Assembly (NCBI GenBank): GCA_036689535.1
Contig: CP144850.1
Span: 203,956 to 267,955 of the forward strand
Source of the DNA: Candidatus Stammera capleta
GTDB taxonomy: Bacteria > Pseudomonadota > Gammaproteobacteria > Enterobacterales > Enterobacteriaceae
Direction: 5' to 3'
Length of the DNA: 64,000 bases
Below the pieces are notes generated by a model, which worked only from the letters and a program-made list of their open reading frames with translations, was not told where the DNA came from and searched no databases. A program made the translations under genes and the position numbers. Shown in pieces: positions 20,478-32,987 of the stretch (within the stretch, counting starts at the first letter, position 1; every line of letters starts with the position of its first letter).

Positions 20478-20969
20478 TTATTTTTTTAAATTTTTAATTA
20501 AAACTAATACATTTAATAATTTATTAATTGTTATTTTCTTCAACAATTGAATAAAAACAAATAAAGCTATTTTTTGTGTATAAATAAAAGATAATTTTTT
20601 AAAAACATTATATGTTATACATTTTTTATCTAAAATTAAATCTCTTACAATTAATTTATCTTTGTATTTTTGTATATAAAATATTAATAATTTATTAATA
20701 ATAAATAAATTAACAAAAACATAAATTACTATAGTAGGTCCTACTATAGGTTTAATTAAAGATTTATAACAAGTATTCTTAATCACTAATTTAAACAAAT
20801 TATTATGTATTACTTGTACTAAAGCATTATAATGATTAAAACTACTACGCAATATATTTAATTCAGTAGATAATAAATTTTTATAATTCATTACTATTAA
20901 CATAACTGTTTTATTAAGATAATTTTGCGTATTAGCCACTATCTTTTTTTTAATAATATAATTTAACAC
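20478..20969 (-). CDS. rplJ: Ribosomal protein L10
   Basis: Position between rplA and rplL. Weak but collinear similarity to E. coli L10 (..VGPTIVIY..). Confidence 0.8.
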   Translation of the reverse strand: MLNYIIKKKIVANTQNYLNKTVMLIVMNYKNLLSTELNILRSSFNHYNALVQVIHNNLFKLVIKNTCYKSLIKPIVGPTIVIYVFVNLFIINKLLIFYIQKYKDKLIVRDLILDKKCITYNVFKKLSFIYTQKIALFVFIQLLKKITINKLLNVLVLIKNLKK

Positions 20970-20995
20970 TATAAATATCCTTTTTTCTAAATTTA

Positions 20996-21667
20996 TTAAA
21001 TATTCATTTTTAAATAATGACTTTTACCCATAGTACTAGAAACATATATGGTATTAATAAATGGAATATATTTATTAGTTCAATATCTATAATTTTTAAT
21101 AGAATTAATTAAACATAATAAATTTTGATATAAATGTTCATTACTACTTTGTATAGTACCTATAATCGTATGAATAATACCATATTTATCATTTTTATAT
21201 ATTACTTGATAACATAAAAAATTTTTAATACTATCTAATAAATTATCTGTTAAAGTTCCTAATTTATTATTAGGAATTAAATTACGAGGACCTAAAATAG
21301 AACCTAATTTACTTAATTCATTAATATAACTAGGAGTAGATAACAAAACATCAAATTGTATATCCTTTTCTAAAATTTTTTTCCTTAATGTATTAAAACC
21401 AACTAAATATGCACCTGCTTCATAAAAATATTTTTTTTCTATATTAGAAACAAAAACAGCTATTTTTTTATTTTTACCTAAACTATAAGGATATAAAACT
21501 GTATTATGTATTAATAATTGATTAACATATTTTTGTTTAATATTTAAATTAATAGATACTTCAATAGATTCAAAAAATTTTTTCCTACAATTATTTCTAA
21601 TAACATCAAAAATATGAAAAATATTATTTTTAATTTCAACACTACCATTATATATATTTCTATTCAT
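20996..21667 (-). CDS. rplA: Ribosomal protein L1
   Basis: FESIEVSINLNI, GSILGPRNLIPNNKLGT, YGIIHTIIG. One TGA at 21080-21082, then ..YVSSTMG. TAA stop at 20996-20998. Confidence 0.9.
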
Positions 21668-21675
21668 AGATAAAA

Positions 21676-22104
21676 TTATTCTTTTATATTAATACCCATA
21701 GATTTAGCTGTACCACAAATAGATTTAACAATAGAATTAATATCCTGCCCATCCATATCTGATTTTTTAATATCAGCTATCTTTTGTATATCTTTATACG
21801 AAATAGTAGATATTATATTATGACCTGGTTTATCAGAACCTTTTTTAAGAAACAAATTTTTTTTTAATAATACAGTAACTGAAGGAGTTTTAATAATATA
21901 AGTAAAACTACGATCACTATTAACTGTAAGTAAAACAGGTAAAAGTAAACCTTTTTCTAATAATTTAGTTTTTTCATTGAAAGATTTACAAAAATCCATA
22001 ATATTAATTCCTTTCTGACCTAAAGCTGGACCTATAGGTGGACTAGGATTTGCAAGACCCGCTGGTACTAATAATTTAACAAAAGATACTTTAAGTTTTA
22101 ACAT
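21676..22104 (-). CDS. rplK: Ribosomal protein L11
   Basis: AGLANPSPPIGPALGQKGINIMDFCKSFN is a near-invariant L11 motif. Confidence 0.96.
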   Translation of the reverse strand: MLKLKVSFVKLLVPAGLANPSPPIGPALGQKGINIMDFCKSFNEKTKLLEKGLLLPVLLTVNSDRSFTYIIKTPSVTVLLKKNLFLKKGSDKPGHNIISTISYKDIQKIADIKKSDMDGQDINSIVKSICGTAKSMGINIKE

Positions 22105-22141
22105 ATTAATATATATACATTATATTTATATTATTTATAAA

Positions 22142-22690
22142 TTAATTTTTTTCTACCTGTGAAAAATCTAATTCTACTGGAGTAAAACGACCAAAAATTG
22201 ATACAGAAACTTTTAATCTATTTTTATCATAATCTACTTCTTCTACTACACCATTAAAATCAGTAAAAGGACCATTATTAACACGTATTTTTTCACCTAA
22301 ATCATATAAAATTTTAGGTACTAATTTACCATCTATCTGTTGTAATTTTTGTTTAATAACTGTAATATCTTTTTTATTCATAGGTATAGGATAACCTAAA
22401 TCCCCACCAATAAAACCCATAATACGAGGTATACTGCGTACTAAATATCAATTTCTTTCATTCATTATCATATGAATTAAAAAATAACCTGGATAAAAAC
22501 GTCTTTCACTTTTCTTACGTATTCCTTTTTTAATCTCTACTACCTTTTCAGTAGGTATTAAAATATCACCAAATTCATCTTGTAATTTATATAAATTAAT
22601 ATAATTTTTTAATGATGTAACTGCTTTATTTTCGAAACTAGAAAAAACTTGTACTACATATCAAAATTTTTTATTTTTTACATTAAACAT
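22142..22690 (-). CDS. nusG: Transcription termination/antitermination factor NusG
   Basis: [29 protein letters not shown], and the C-terminal KOW motif [47 protein letters not shown]. Confidence 0.95.
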
Positions 22691-22695
22691 AATAA

Positions 22696-23064
22696 CTACC
22701 TTAAATCAGTCATAAAAGAAATAATTTTTAATAAGATTAAATCTACAAATCAAACTAAACAAGATACTAAAATACTAAAAATACACACAATAATAGTTAA
22801 ATACAATGTATTTTTTACAGTAGGTCAATATAAAGAAGCCACTTCTATTTTAGATTTATTAAAAAATATAATAATTTCCTTTAATAAAAAAGTAGTTTTA
22901 AGTAAATAAAATAATCAAAATGATGTAAATACATTAACAATTAATTTAATAAATAAAAATCAATTAGAACTAAAATAATTAACTTTTATCAAAATTGCTA
23001 TTAACATTAATATAATTAATAATTTAGAATATTTCTCTAATATATCCCAAAAAAAATTTATCAT
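22696..23064 (-). CDS. secE: Preprotein translocase subunit SecE (122 aa)
   Basis: Found only with table 4. EVASLY-W-PTVKNTLYLTIIV..LV-W-FVDLILLKIISFMTDLR aligns with E. coli [40 protein letters not shown]. It lies 5 bp upstream of nusG. Confidence 0.85.
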
Positions 23065-23210
23065 ATATGTACTCAAACAATATTAAAAAATAAATTAGCA
23101 TTAATTATAATATAAAATAATATTTATATACAAGTACTAAGTATTATATATAAAAAATTACTAATACTTAAAAAATATTAATTTTAATTTCATATATATA
23201 AATAAATCTA

Positions 23211-23675
23211 TTAAATACGATATTTATTTTTTAAAAAAAAAATTTCTAAATGATGCATTAAACAATAATTAATATCATTATTATGATGAAAACCTAAAAT
23301 ATGTAATATTCCATGAATTAATATCTTACATAAATAATTCTTGTTATATTTATAATTAGTACAATGAAAAACTATTTCCGTACAAATAATAATTTCTCCT
23401 AATGGCATTTCAAATAAAAAAAACATTGTCCTATTATTAATATAATAAGATAAATTACTAAAAGACAAAACATTAGTAATCGTATTTTTTTTTTTATATA
23501 AATTATTAAAATACAGCATTTGTATTTTATTAACGAATATAATATTAACTGGAGCAGTTAAATTAAAAAACTGGAAAATATTATATATAATATATTTAAT
23601 ATCATTATTATATTGTTGATATGTAAAATTTTCACATATATTATATATACGATATTTATAATCAATTTTATTCAT
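23211..23675 (-). CDS. ybeY: Endoribonuclease YbeY
   Basis: Metal-binding motif HGILHILGFHH. Position next to ybeZ and miaB as in E. coli. Confidence 0.88.
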   Translation of the reverse strand: MNKIDYKYRIYNICENFTYQQYNNDIKYIIYNIFQFFNLTAPVNIIFVNKIQMLYFNNLYKKKNTITNVLSFSNLSYYINNRTMFFLFEMPLGEIIICTEIVFHCTNYKYNKNYLCKILIHGILHILGFHHNNDINYCLMHHLEIFFLKNKYRI

Positions 23676-23685
23676 ATCAATAATA

Positions 23686-24291
23686 TTAATTATTTAATTC
23701 ATAAACTTTAATAATATTAGCAACTATATTAGATCTCATAACATCATTTACACCAAAAAAAGTAAAACCAATATCAGAAACATTTTGAAAAATATTCAAA
23801 GCATGTACTAATCCAGATGTGATATGACCAGGTAAATCAATTTGTGAAACATCTCCATTAATAACCGCTTTAGTATTAAAACCTAAACGTGTTAAAAACA
23901 TTTTCATCTGTTGTTTTGTAGTATTCTGTGCTTCATCTAAAATAATAAACGAATCATTAAAAGTACGACCTCGCATATAAGCTAAAGGTACTACTTCAAT
24001 AATATTATTAAATAAATATTTTTTATTATAATCAGATCCTAAAAGTTCAAACAAAACATCATATATAGGAGATAAATATGGATCTATTTTTTGGGTAAAA
24101 TTACCAGGTAAAAAACCTATTTTTTCTCCAGCTTCTACTATAGGTCTAGCCAAAATAATACGATAAATTTTACGTTTCTTTAATAAATTAATAGCTGCAG
24201 CTGTAGCTAAATATGTTTTTCCTGTACCAGAAACACCTACACCAAAAGTAATTATTTTACTAAAAATATTCTCTAAATATTTAACTTGCAT
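23686..24291 (-). CDS. ybeZ: PhoH-like ATPase YbeZ, ATPase core only
   Basis: GVGVSGTGKTYLA (Walker A), RPIVEAGEKIGFLPG, PLAYMRGRTFNDSFIILDEAQNTT. The frame stays open about 22 codons further upstream (LQPRTK aligns with E. coli IQPRTK) but has no ATG, so the start is uncertain. The N-terminal ~110 aa of E. coli YbeZ is absent. Confidence 0.85.
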   Translation of the reverse strand: MQVKYLENIFSKIITFGVGVSGTGKTYLATAAAINLLKKRKIYRIILARPIVEAGEKIGFLPGNFTQKIDPYLSPIYDVLFELLGSDYNKKYLFNNIIEVVPLAYMRGRTFNDSFIILDEAQNTTKQQMKMFLTRLGFNTKAVINGDVSQIDLPGHITSGLVHALNIFQNVSDIGFTFFGVNDVMRSNIVANIIKVYELNN

Positions 24292-24383
24292 TTTAGTTCT
24301 AGGCTGTAGTAAACTATATTTACTACATAAGGAAAATATAATATTATTTTTTTTTTTTTAATAATCATATTATTTTTAAATAA

Positions 24384-25715
24384 TTATAAAGATTGTATAA
24401 TACCATAAAGACAATTATAATATACATTTACTAATTTAACTGTTATAATACTCCCTAATAATTCTTTATAACCTGTTAAATAAATAATTTTATTATTATC
24501 TGCTCGTCCATACATAAAATTATTTTTTTTATTAATAAATCCTTCTACTAATACTTTTTGTAAACTACCTAATAACTTATTATTCCAATAATAAATATTT
24601 CTTTTAATTAATTTCTGTAATTTAAATAAACGATATTTCTTTTCTACTAACGAAACATTATCTTGCATATTACATGCTACAGTACCAGGTCTAGGAGAAT
24701 ATATAAACAAATAACTAGTATCAAATTTAATATCTAATGCTAACTTTAAAGTTAAAGCAAAATCATCTTTAGTTTCTCCTGGAAATCCTACTATAAAATC
24801 TGTACCAAATAACATATTAGGTCTAACTAATAATATCTTTCTTATAATTTCTTGATATAATTCTACTGTATAATTACGACACATTTTTTTTAAAATTATA
24901 TTAGAACCACTTTGCACTGGTAAATGTAAATAATTAACTAACTGTTGTATATCTTTATATGCCATAATTAATTCATCAGTAAAACAAATAGGATGACTAG
25001 TCGTAAATCTTAAACGAGTAACACCAGGTATTTCAGATATTTTATATAATAAATCTACAAAACTACATTTACGTCCATCTTTATAAAAACTAATATAAGA
25101 ATTAACATTCTGACCTAATAAATTAATATCTTGTATACCTGTACTAACCAAATACTTAATTTCTTTAATAATAATTTCTGGATTACGACTAACTTCTTTA
25201 CCACGAGTAAAAGGAACTATACAATAAGTACAATATTTGTTACATCCTTCTGTAATAGTAACATAAGAAAAAAACTTTTTCTGTAATAAAGTATTACCAT
25301 ATTTATAATCATTTTCTGGCACAAAATCAAAATTTATAATTTTTTTATGATTTAATCTAAATTGTGTAATAAAATGATGTATTTGACTAATATTTTTAGG
25401 TGTAAAAATAATATCTACTGCTTTACTACGTAAAAATATATTTTTTTTTTCTTGTACTGAGACACACCCTCCTACACAGACAATTACATTAGATTTTTTA
25501 TATTTATATTCTTGTATACGTCCTAATAAATGAAATAACTTTTCCTGAGCATTATGTCTAACTGAACACGTATTTAAAATAATTATATTAGCAATATCAT
25601 AAGAATCAACAAGAATATATTTTTCAAATTTATTTAAATAATAAACAATTTTATTGGAGTCATATTGATTCATTTGACATCCTCAAGTTTTGATATATAA
25701 ATAATTACTTTTCAT
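24384..25715 (-). CDS. miaB: tRNA-i6A37 methylthiotransferase MiaB
   Basis: MKSNYLYIKT-W-GCQMNQYDS, radical-SAM motif CNKYCTYC, HLPVQSGS, C-terminal TRAM domain. Confidence 0.94.
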
Positions 25716-25803
25716 ATAAAATTTAAATATCCATATATTTAATATAAAAATTTAACTAACTCTCATAATTTTATAGAAATATACTACAAACTATAAATTG
25801 TAT

Positions 25804-25876
25804 TAGCTATGACAGGAATCGAACCTGTATCTTCAGCGTTATGAATGCTGTACTTTGCCTATTAAGTTACATAGCC
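25804..25876 (-). tRNA. tRNA-Met(CAU), elongator type
   Basis: Cloverleaf with anticodon CAT. Acceptor and T arms resemble E. coli metT, and the metT-leuW-gln-type cluster sits next to miaB. It lacks initiator features (no 3 G-C pairs in the anticodon stem). G1-U72 wobble pair. A tRNA-Ile2 identity is not fully excluded. Confidence 0.8.
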
Positions 25877-25896
25877 TAGTCCTATATAATTATATA

Positions 25897-25967
25897 CAGG
25901 GGTACTAGGACTCGAACCTAGGATAGCGGGATCAAAACCCGATGCCTTACCTCTTGGCTATACCCCA
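25897..25967 (-). tRNA. tRNA-Gln(UUG)
   Basis: TGGGGTATAGCCAAGAGGTAAGGC..TTTTGAT..GGTTCGAGTCC is closely similar to E. coli tRNA-Gln. U1/U72 mismatch, G73, no CCA. Confidence 0.88.
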
Positions 25968-26019
25968 ATATAATAAATATTATATTATGAATATACAAAT
26001 TCATATAAATACAGTACAA

Positions 26020-26102
26020 TACGGAAGACGAGACTTGAACTCGTACACTTTAATAAGTACTAGAACCTAAATCTAGTGCGTTTACCATTACGCCACTTCC
26101 GT
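26020..26102 (-). tRNA. tRNA-Leu(UAG)
   Basis: Anticodon loop TTTAGGT, long variable arm, T-loop GTTCAAGTC. leuW-like position. Confidence 0.88.
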
Positions 26103-26183
26103 ATAAAAATAATAAATGTATTAAACTCATTATATATATAATAATATCATATTTTTAATCAATAATTATAATTTTTTTTCTTT

Positions 26184-27059
26184 ATGAAATATATCATTAA
26201 TACATGAAAATTTATTAAATATTATATTAAACTATTTAAAAAACATAAATTATATTACGGACATGGATTTAATACTGCATATACTGAAATTATATATTTA
26301 ATTAAATATATTTTAAATTATAAATACCAAAGAAGTTTAAAAAAAAAAATTAAATTTTATAACAAAAAACAATTTAATAAACTTAAATATTTATTAAAAC
26401 TAAGAATTAATAAAAAAATACCTATAGTATATTTAACAAAAGAATCTTGATTTTGTAATAAAAAATTTTATATTAATAATCAAGTGATTATACCTAAATC
26501 ACCTATAGGAAAAATTCTTAAAATAAAAATTAAAAATATTATATCCCCTAAAAAAATTCTAGATTTATGTACCGGTAACGCTTGTTTAGCTATTATATGT
26601 TCATATATTTATCCTTTTAGTCAAATAGATGCTACTGATATTTCTAATCAAGCCTTGAAATTAGCTAAAAAAAATATCATTTTACATAAAAAAGAAAAAC
26701 AAATTAAATTAATTAAAAGTAATTTATTTAATAATTTAACAAAAAATAAATATGATTTAATATTATCTAATCCTCCATATGTAGACCCAAAAGATTTAAA
26801 ATTATTACCAAAAGAATATTCATATGAACCTATTATAGGATTAACTAGTAATTTAAAAGGTACCGAAATAATAACGAAAATATTATTAAATGCTAATAAA
26901 TATTTAACAAAAAACGGATGATTATTATGTGAAGTAGGATATCAAAAAAAAAAAATAGAAGAAAAATTTATGTTTTTAAAATCTTTTTGAATTAAAATAC
27001 ACTCTAAAATAGAAAATATATATTTTATACCTAAAAGATATTTACTATTTAATAAATAA
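26184..27059 (+). CDS. prmB: Ribosomal protein L3 glutamine N5-methyltransferase PrmB
   Basis: YGHGFNTAYTE, IPIVYLTKES-W-FCNKKFYINNQVIIPKSPIG, NPPY. Aligns better with E. coli PrmB ([38 protein letters not shown]) than with PrmC. Confidence 0.85.
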
Positions 27060-27131
27060 TATTAACTGTATATAAAGTTTACATACACATTATTAAATTA
27101 TGAAAATCAATATACATATTGATATATATAT

Positions 27132-28127
27132 TTATATATATATATGTACACATCTAATAATATACGATATTGTATCATAAAATAAATTTTTTCTATTAAT
27201 AAATTTTATTTTTAATAAAAGATGCAAAGAAATAATTAATTTTTGTACAATTAAATATTGTACTTTACTAGGTAATACTTTATAAAAATATTGTATTCAT
27301 TTCATTTGATCTAAATTAATAAAATTATTTTTAACTATCAATAAATATATATTAGAATATTTACAAACATCCAAAAAAAAAGTCATTAATCAATACAAAT
27401 TATTTTCTAATATATTAAAATTAATATTTTTTATTAAATTATTAATATTTTTTAACAAAATATATTTAATATTTTTAAATAAAATTAATCTATAGATCCA
27501 AAATTTTTTAAGCAATAATAAAGTTAAATAAGGAGAATAATTACTTAATCTAATAGCAGTAATAATACTTAATCTATTTATGTTTTTTACACGACGCATT
27601 ATCCAACACATAATTATATGTTCACTAGGAGTATGTAATTGATAGATTAAACATCTACTATAAATAGTGGGAGGTACTTGAATATAATTAAAACAAGTAA
27701 AAATAAAATTTAATTTATATGGAAAATCTTCCATTAATTTTAAAATAGCATTAAAAGTATAATTAGTTAAAAAACTAGTATTAGAAAAATATAAAATTTT
27801 ACTATTACCTAAATACAATATACTCTGTTGAAGATGATGAATAATTTTTAAAATAGTATTTAAAGATATAATATTATTTTTATCAACATCTACATGATAA
27901 TAATCAGGATGTATATTTTTATTTAACAATCTACAGTTAATACAATTATTACAATATTTATTATTTTTAAGATATTTACAATACATCCATTTAACTATAG
28001 ATAATACTAAAACATCAACTTTTAAATCAGTATTATATTGAATTAATAAATTATAATTTTTTTCTTTTATAAAACTATTTTTAGTTATCTTATTATATAA
28101 ATTAATATATCATAAATCTAATTTCAT
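27132..28127 (-). CDS. holB: DNA polymerase III delta' subunit
   Basis: MKLDL-W-Y.., C..NNCINCRLLNKNIHPDYY (Zn module), NAILKLMEDFP, SRC motif IYSRC. Its 331 aa compares with 334 aa in E. coli. Confidence 0.85.
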
Positions 28128-28312
28128 AATTATCCTTAATTTATATTTAATTATTTATATTTTATAAATATAATAACATCTAATTTTTTTTTTATAGATC
28201 CTTAAGTTATAATTCAATAGCTATTATTAATAATAATCTATCACTTTTAAAAAATATATTATATAATATATAATAAATTCTAATACTAAAGTAATATAAA
28301 CAGGTAAAAAAT

Positions 28313-28912
28313 ATGTTAGTAACTAAAAAAGCACCTAATTTTATAGCTGATGCAATTTTACCTAATGGTGAAATTATTACTAATTTAAATTTTAAAGAAT
28401 ATATATATCATCAAAAAACAATAATTTTCTTTTGACCTTTAGATTTCACATTTATTTGTCCTACTGAATTAATTACATTAAATAATAAATTTAATTTATT
28501 TCTAGAAAAAAATACTAAAATTTTAGGTATATCTGTAGATTCTATTTACACACATCTTAAATGAAGAAATACTTCATATAAAAATGGAGGTATAGGACCT
28601 ATATTATTCCCTATGATATCAGACTTAAAAAAAGAAATTATTTCATTATATGACATACAACATATATCAGGAGTAGCATTAAGAGCCACTTTTATTATTG
28701 ATAAACATAGGATCATAAGACATCAAAGTATAAATGACCTAGATATAGGCCGTAACATAAATGAAATATTAAGAATAATAGATGCCTTAGATCATATTCA
28801 AAAACATAACAAAGTATGTCCTGCACAATGAGAAAAAGGAAAAACATCTATTACACCTAATACAGAAGGAATTAAACAATATTTAACTGATAATATAAAT
28901 GATTTAAAATAA
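28313..28912 (+). CDS. ahpC: Typical 2-Cys peroxiredoxin (AhpC/Tsa family)
   Basis: FF-W-PLDFTFICPTE (peroxidatic Cys) and VCPAQ-W-EKG (resolving Cys). No ahpF gene is adjacent. Confidence 0.92.
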
Positions 28913-29020
28913 TTACTATAAAAAATATTAATATATATTAATAAATACTTTCATAAATATATATAAAAATATATATACTAATAAATTAAAAAATTCAATA
29001 CTATTGGAAAATAAAAAACC

Positions 29021-29311
29021 ATGAATCTATTATATCAATTATACCCATTTATTATTTTATTTTTAATATGTATTATATTTTGTTATCTAACATTAATTTA
29101 TCCTAAACAACAATTATATATAAATCAAAAAAATATAGAAAAAGATCTTAAAATTAATACTATTGTTCTCGTCAACGGAATAATAGGAAAAGTAATAAAA
29201 ATACAAAATACTCCATATTTAACTATACTTATAAATAAAGACACCCAAATATTAATACACAAAAAATATATATCTAAAATATTACCTGAAAATATTTTTA
29301 CTAAATTATAA
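29021..29311 (+). CDS. yajC: Sec translocon accessory protein YajC
   Basis: Single TM segment followed by VLVNGIIGKVIKI..ILINKDTQILIHKKYISKILP, matching E. coli YajC VLTNGGLVGRVTKV..VVIKRDFVAAVLP. Confidence 0.82.
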   Translation: MNLLYQLYPFIILFLICIIFCYLTLIYPKQQLYINQKNIEKDLKINTIVLVNGIIGKVIKIQNTPYLTILINKDTQILIHKKYISKILPENIFTKL

Positions 29312-29316
29312 TTAAT

Positions 29317-29484
29317 TTAATTAATTTTTATTTCTTTATATAAAACATGTTTCTTAAGGTAAGGGTCATATTTAATAAGACTTAATAAATTATTAGTATT
29401 ACGACTATTTTTAGTAGTAGTATAAAAATGACCTGTACCTGCAGTTGATAATAATTTAATTTTTATTCTTAATTTTTTAGCCAT
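29317..29484 (-). CDS. rpmG: Ribosomal protein L33
   Basis: [28 protein letters not shown] matches E. coli L33. The ORF-track start at 29517 is an upstream extension. Confidence 0.93.
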   Translation of the reverse strand: MAKKLRIKIKLLSTAGTGHFYTTTKNSRNTNNLLSLIKYDPYLKKHVLYKEIKIN

Positions 29485-29517
29485 AATTTTATTTTCTATA
29501 ACTACATTAAACAACAA

Positions 29518-29730
29518 TTATATTTTAATATATTTATTAAGACCATTTTTATCAATCATTCGTAATGCTTTAGTAGTAATTTTAAGTGTCAAAAACTTTT
29601 TTTTCTTAGACAACCAAAATTTATGATTATGTAAATTAGGAAAAAATTTTCTAGAAGTTTTATTCATAGCATAAGATCTTCTTTTACCAAACAATACTTT
29701 TTTTTTAGTAATAAAACATATTTTAGACAT
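29518..29730 (-). CDS. rpmB: Ribosomal protein L28
   Basis: RRSYAMNKTSRKFFPNLHNHKFW matches E. coli L28. rpmB-rpmG operon order is conserved. Confidence 0.93.
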   Translation of the reverse strand: MSKICFITKKKVLFGKRRSYAMNKTSRKFFPNLHNHKFWLSKKKKFLTLKITTKALRMIDKNGLNKYIKI

Positions 29731-29750
29731 ATATAAAATAAATTCCTATT

Positions 29751-32700
29751 TTAATTATTTATGATACGTTTTATATAATTAACTACAACGACATAATTAT
29801 ATCGTATATTTTGATTATTAATAAAACCATTTACTAATACAATAATATTTTTTTTTAAAAAAAAAGAATATTTTAAATACAAATTTTTATATAAACAAAT
29901 TTTTATTTCACTAGTACTATCGTCTAAATATAAATAACATATTTTCTTATTATTTTTAGTAACATAAATACTCATACTTACAATGACACCAACTATATTA
30001 ATAGTATCACAAATATTATCAACTAATAAAGATTTAATACTTACTATTTTTGTATGTGTTATATATAAAAAATTCTGTATTTTTTCCCTATATCAAATAA
30101 TAGGATGATTAGTAATATAACTACCTAATACTGTTTTTTCTCAAAATAACTGTTCTAACATAGATATAGAAGTAAATTCTTTTAAAGATTCATTAATTAA
30201 ATTTTTTTCTAAATTTTTTAAATGAATATGTACATTAAATAATGTTAATTGTTTACTAGACAATAATTTTTTTTTATATTTAGATAAATCAATTATTTTA
30301 AACATAATATATATCAAAAAACTACGATCCATATTAAAAACATCAAAAGTACCAGATAGAATTAAATTCTTAATGATCATTTTTGTTATTAATTTAGATA
30401 ATGTTAAATAACAAAAATTAAAAAAACTTTTAAAACATATATACTTTTTACGTACATTAAGAATAAAAGCAACAATTTTTTTACCTATACCTTTAATAGC
30501 ACCCAAACCATATATAATTTCATTTTTACTATTAACACTAAAATAATATAAACTTGTATTAATATTAGGAGATTTAATAATAAAATTATTTCATTTTAAT
30601 TCATTTAAAATTAATGTAATTTTATCTAAATTATCAATATCAGTATTCATTACAGAAATTAAAAATTCTATAGGATAATTAGCTTTTAATCATAAAGTCT
30701 GATAAGCAGTATAAGCATACGATACTGAATGTGATTTATTAAATCCATATGAAGCAAAATATTCCATTAAAGAAAATATTTTTTCTGCTAATAATCCATC
30801 AATTTTTTTTTCTTTAGCTTTATTAACAAAAATAGAACGATGCTTTCTCATTTCCACAATATCTTTTTTACCCATCGCCCTACGTAACATATCAGCATAA
30901 CCTAAACTATAATTAGCTAAAACACGAGCTATTAACATAACTTGTTCTTGATATAAAATAATACCATAAGTACTTTGTAATATTGGTTTTAATAAAATAT
31001 GTTGCCATTTACTATCAGGATAACATATTTCTTCTCTACCATATTTACGATCAATAAAATTATCTACCATACCCGTTTGTAAAGGACCAGGTCTAAATAA
31101 TGCTATTATAGCTACTATTTCTTCAAAATTTTTAGGTAATAAACGTTTTATTAAATTTCTCATACCATAAGATTCTAATTGAAAAATAGCAGTAGTATTA
31201 GCTTTATTTAGTAAAATAAAACTCTTCTCATCATCAAAATTAATACTATTTAAATTAAAATTAATAGAAGGATAACGTATTTGTATTAAATTAACACAAT
31301 TATTAATAACAGTCAAAGTACGTAACCCTAATAAATCAAATTTAATTAAACCTATATATTCTATATCAATTTTATCAAATTGAGTTAATATTTTATTACT
31401 ATCAATATCTTTATAAATAGGACAAAAATCAGTAATTAATGTAGGAGAAATAACTACACCACCAGCATGTCTACCAATACTTTTAATAACACCTTCCAAT
31501 ACGAAAGATATATCTATTAAAATTTTACACTCAGCATTAGATGAATATAAATATAACATTTTTGGTATATTTGATAATATATTACATAAAGTATTATTTA
31601 TATGTCTAGGTATTAAACGGATTATTTTATCAACAAATATATAAGAATACCCTAAAACTCTTCCTACTTCCCGAATAACAGATTTAATAGTTAATTTATT
31701 AAAGACTACTATCTGTGCTACAGAATTTATTCCATATGTTTTTTCAATATGTTCAATTACTTTATCACGTGTTAACATACAAAAATCAATATCTAAATCT
31801 GGTAAAGATATTCGTTCAGGATTTAAAAAACGTTCAAAAAACAGCCCATATTTAATAGGATCAATATCAGTAATAGATAATACATATGCTACTAAAGATC
31901 CCGCACCTGAACCTCTACCTGGACCTACTGTAATATTATTTTCCCTAGCTCAAACAACAAATTCCATAACAATTAAAAAATAATCAAAATAATTCATACT
32001 ATTAATAATACTTAACTCATATTTTAATCTCCTCATATAAATATATTTTTTTTTTATGTCAATAACATTAGATAAAAGTTTTTGACGTAAATTTTTATAT
32101 GAAATATACACTAAATACTTACTTGCATTAGTAATTTTCCTATCATTAATAGGTACATGATATTTAGGTAAAAAAAAACCTCTATTTCTAAAAATAAAAT
32201 TACATCTCTTTGCTATTTCAACACTATTAATTAATACCTCTGGTATATCTTTAAATATACTTACCATTTCTTTTTCAGTTTTAAAATATTGATGTTTAGT
32301 ATAAGTAATATATTTATTTACTTGTTTTAATAAACACCTATAGTAAATAGCAGTACGTATTTTATTATAAAAAAAATCTTTTTTAGAAATAAATAATACT
32401 TTATTAGTAGCTACAAGAGGTATCTTAATATATGAAGATATATATAATAAAAATTGAATATGTTTATATTCATTTTCTATACCTATCCTATAAATTTGTA
32501 AATATAAACAATCCTTTAATTGTGTTTTCCAAAAAAATAATTTTTCTATAATATATTTCTGTTTCGTTAAATAAGGATAAATATCAAATAAAAAAATTAA
32601 CCCTTGACAATATTCTATTATTCATGTTTGATATAATAATAATAATTTATTTTTATTCAAATAACTCATTTTATGACTTAATGTAATTAATTGAATAAGA

Positions 32701-32987
32701 TTTTTATATCCTATATCATTCATAACTAAAATAACAAGAGGAAATAAATATTGAGGATCATTATCATGAATAAATACAGCATCTATACCAATAATAGGTT
32801 TAACACCTATTTTATAAAACATATTAAAAAATTTAACTAAACAAGATATGTTAAAATCATCAGTAATCGCTAAAGCCGGTACATTATATAATTTAACAAT
32901 TTGTAATAATGAATTTAACTTACATAAACCATCTTTTAATGAATAATCACTATGTATATTAAGATGTATAAATTTAATATCATACAT
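29751..32987 (-). CDS. dnaE: DNA polymerase III alpha subunit (1078 aa)
   Basis: Five ORF-track pieces in one frame. The 29976-30140 junction was checked codon by codon and contains only TGA. PHP N-terminus FIHLNIHSDYSLKDG and palm/fingers FDLLGLRTLT, FRPGP, GFNKSH. Confidence 0.95.

Noticed and set aside
22649-22909. An 86-aa plus-strand ORF.
   Set aside because: It is antisense to the nusG 5' end and to secE, both well supported on the minus strand with table 4.
28926-28943. An 18-nt perfect palindrome TATTAATATATATTAATA after ahpC, and similar A/T-only palindromes in the spacers.
   Set aside because: They consist only of A and T in DNA of about 15% GC. Such palindromes are expected by chance, so I cannot support a function.
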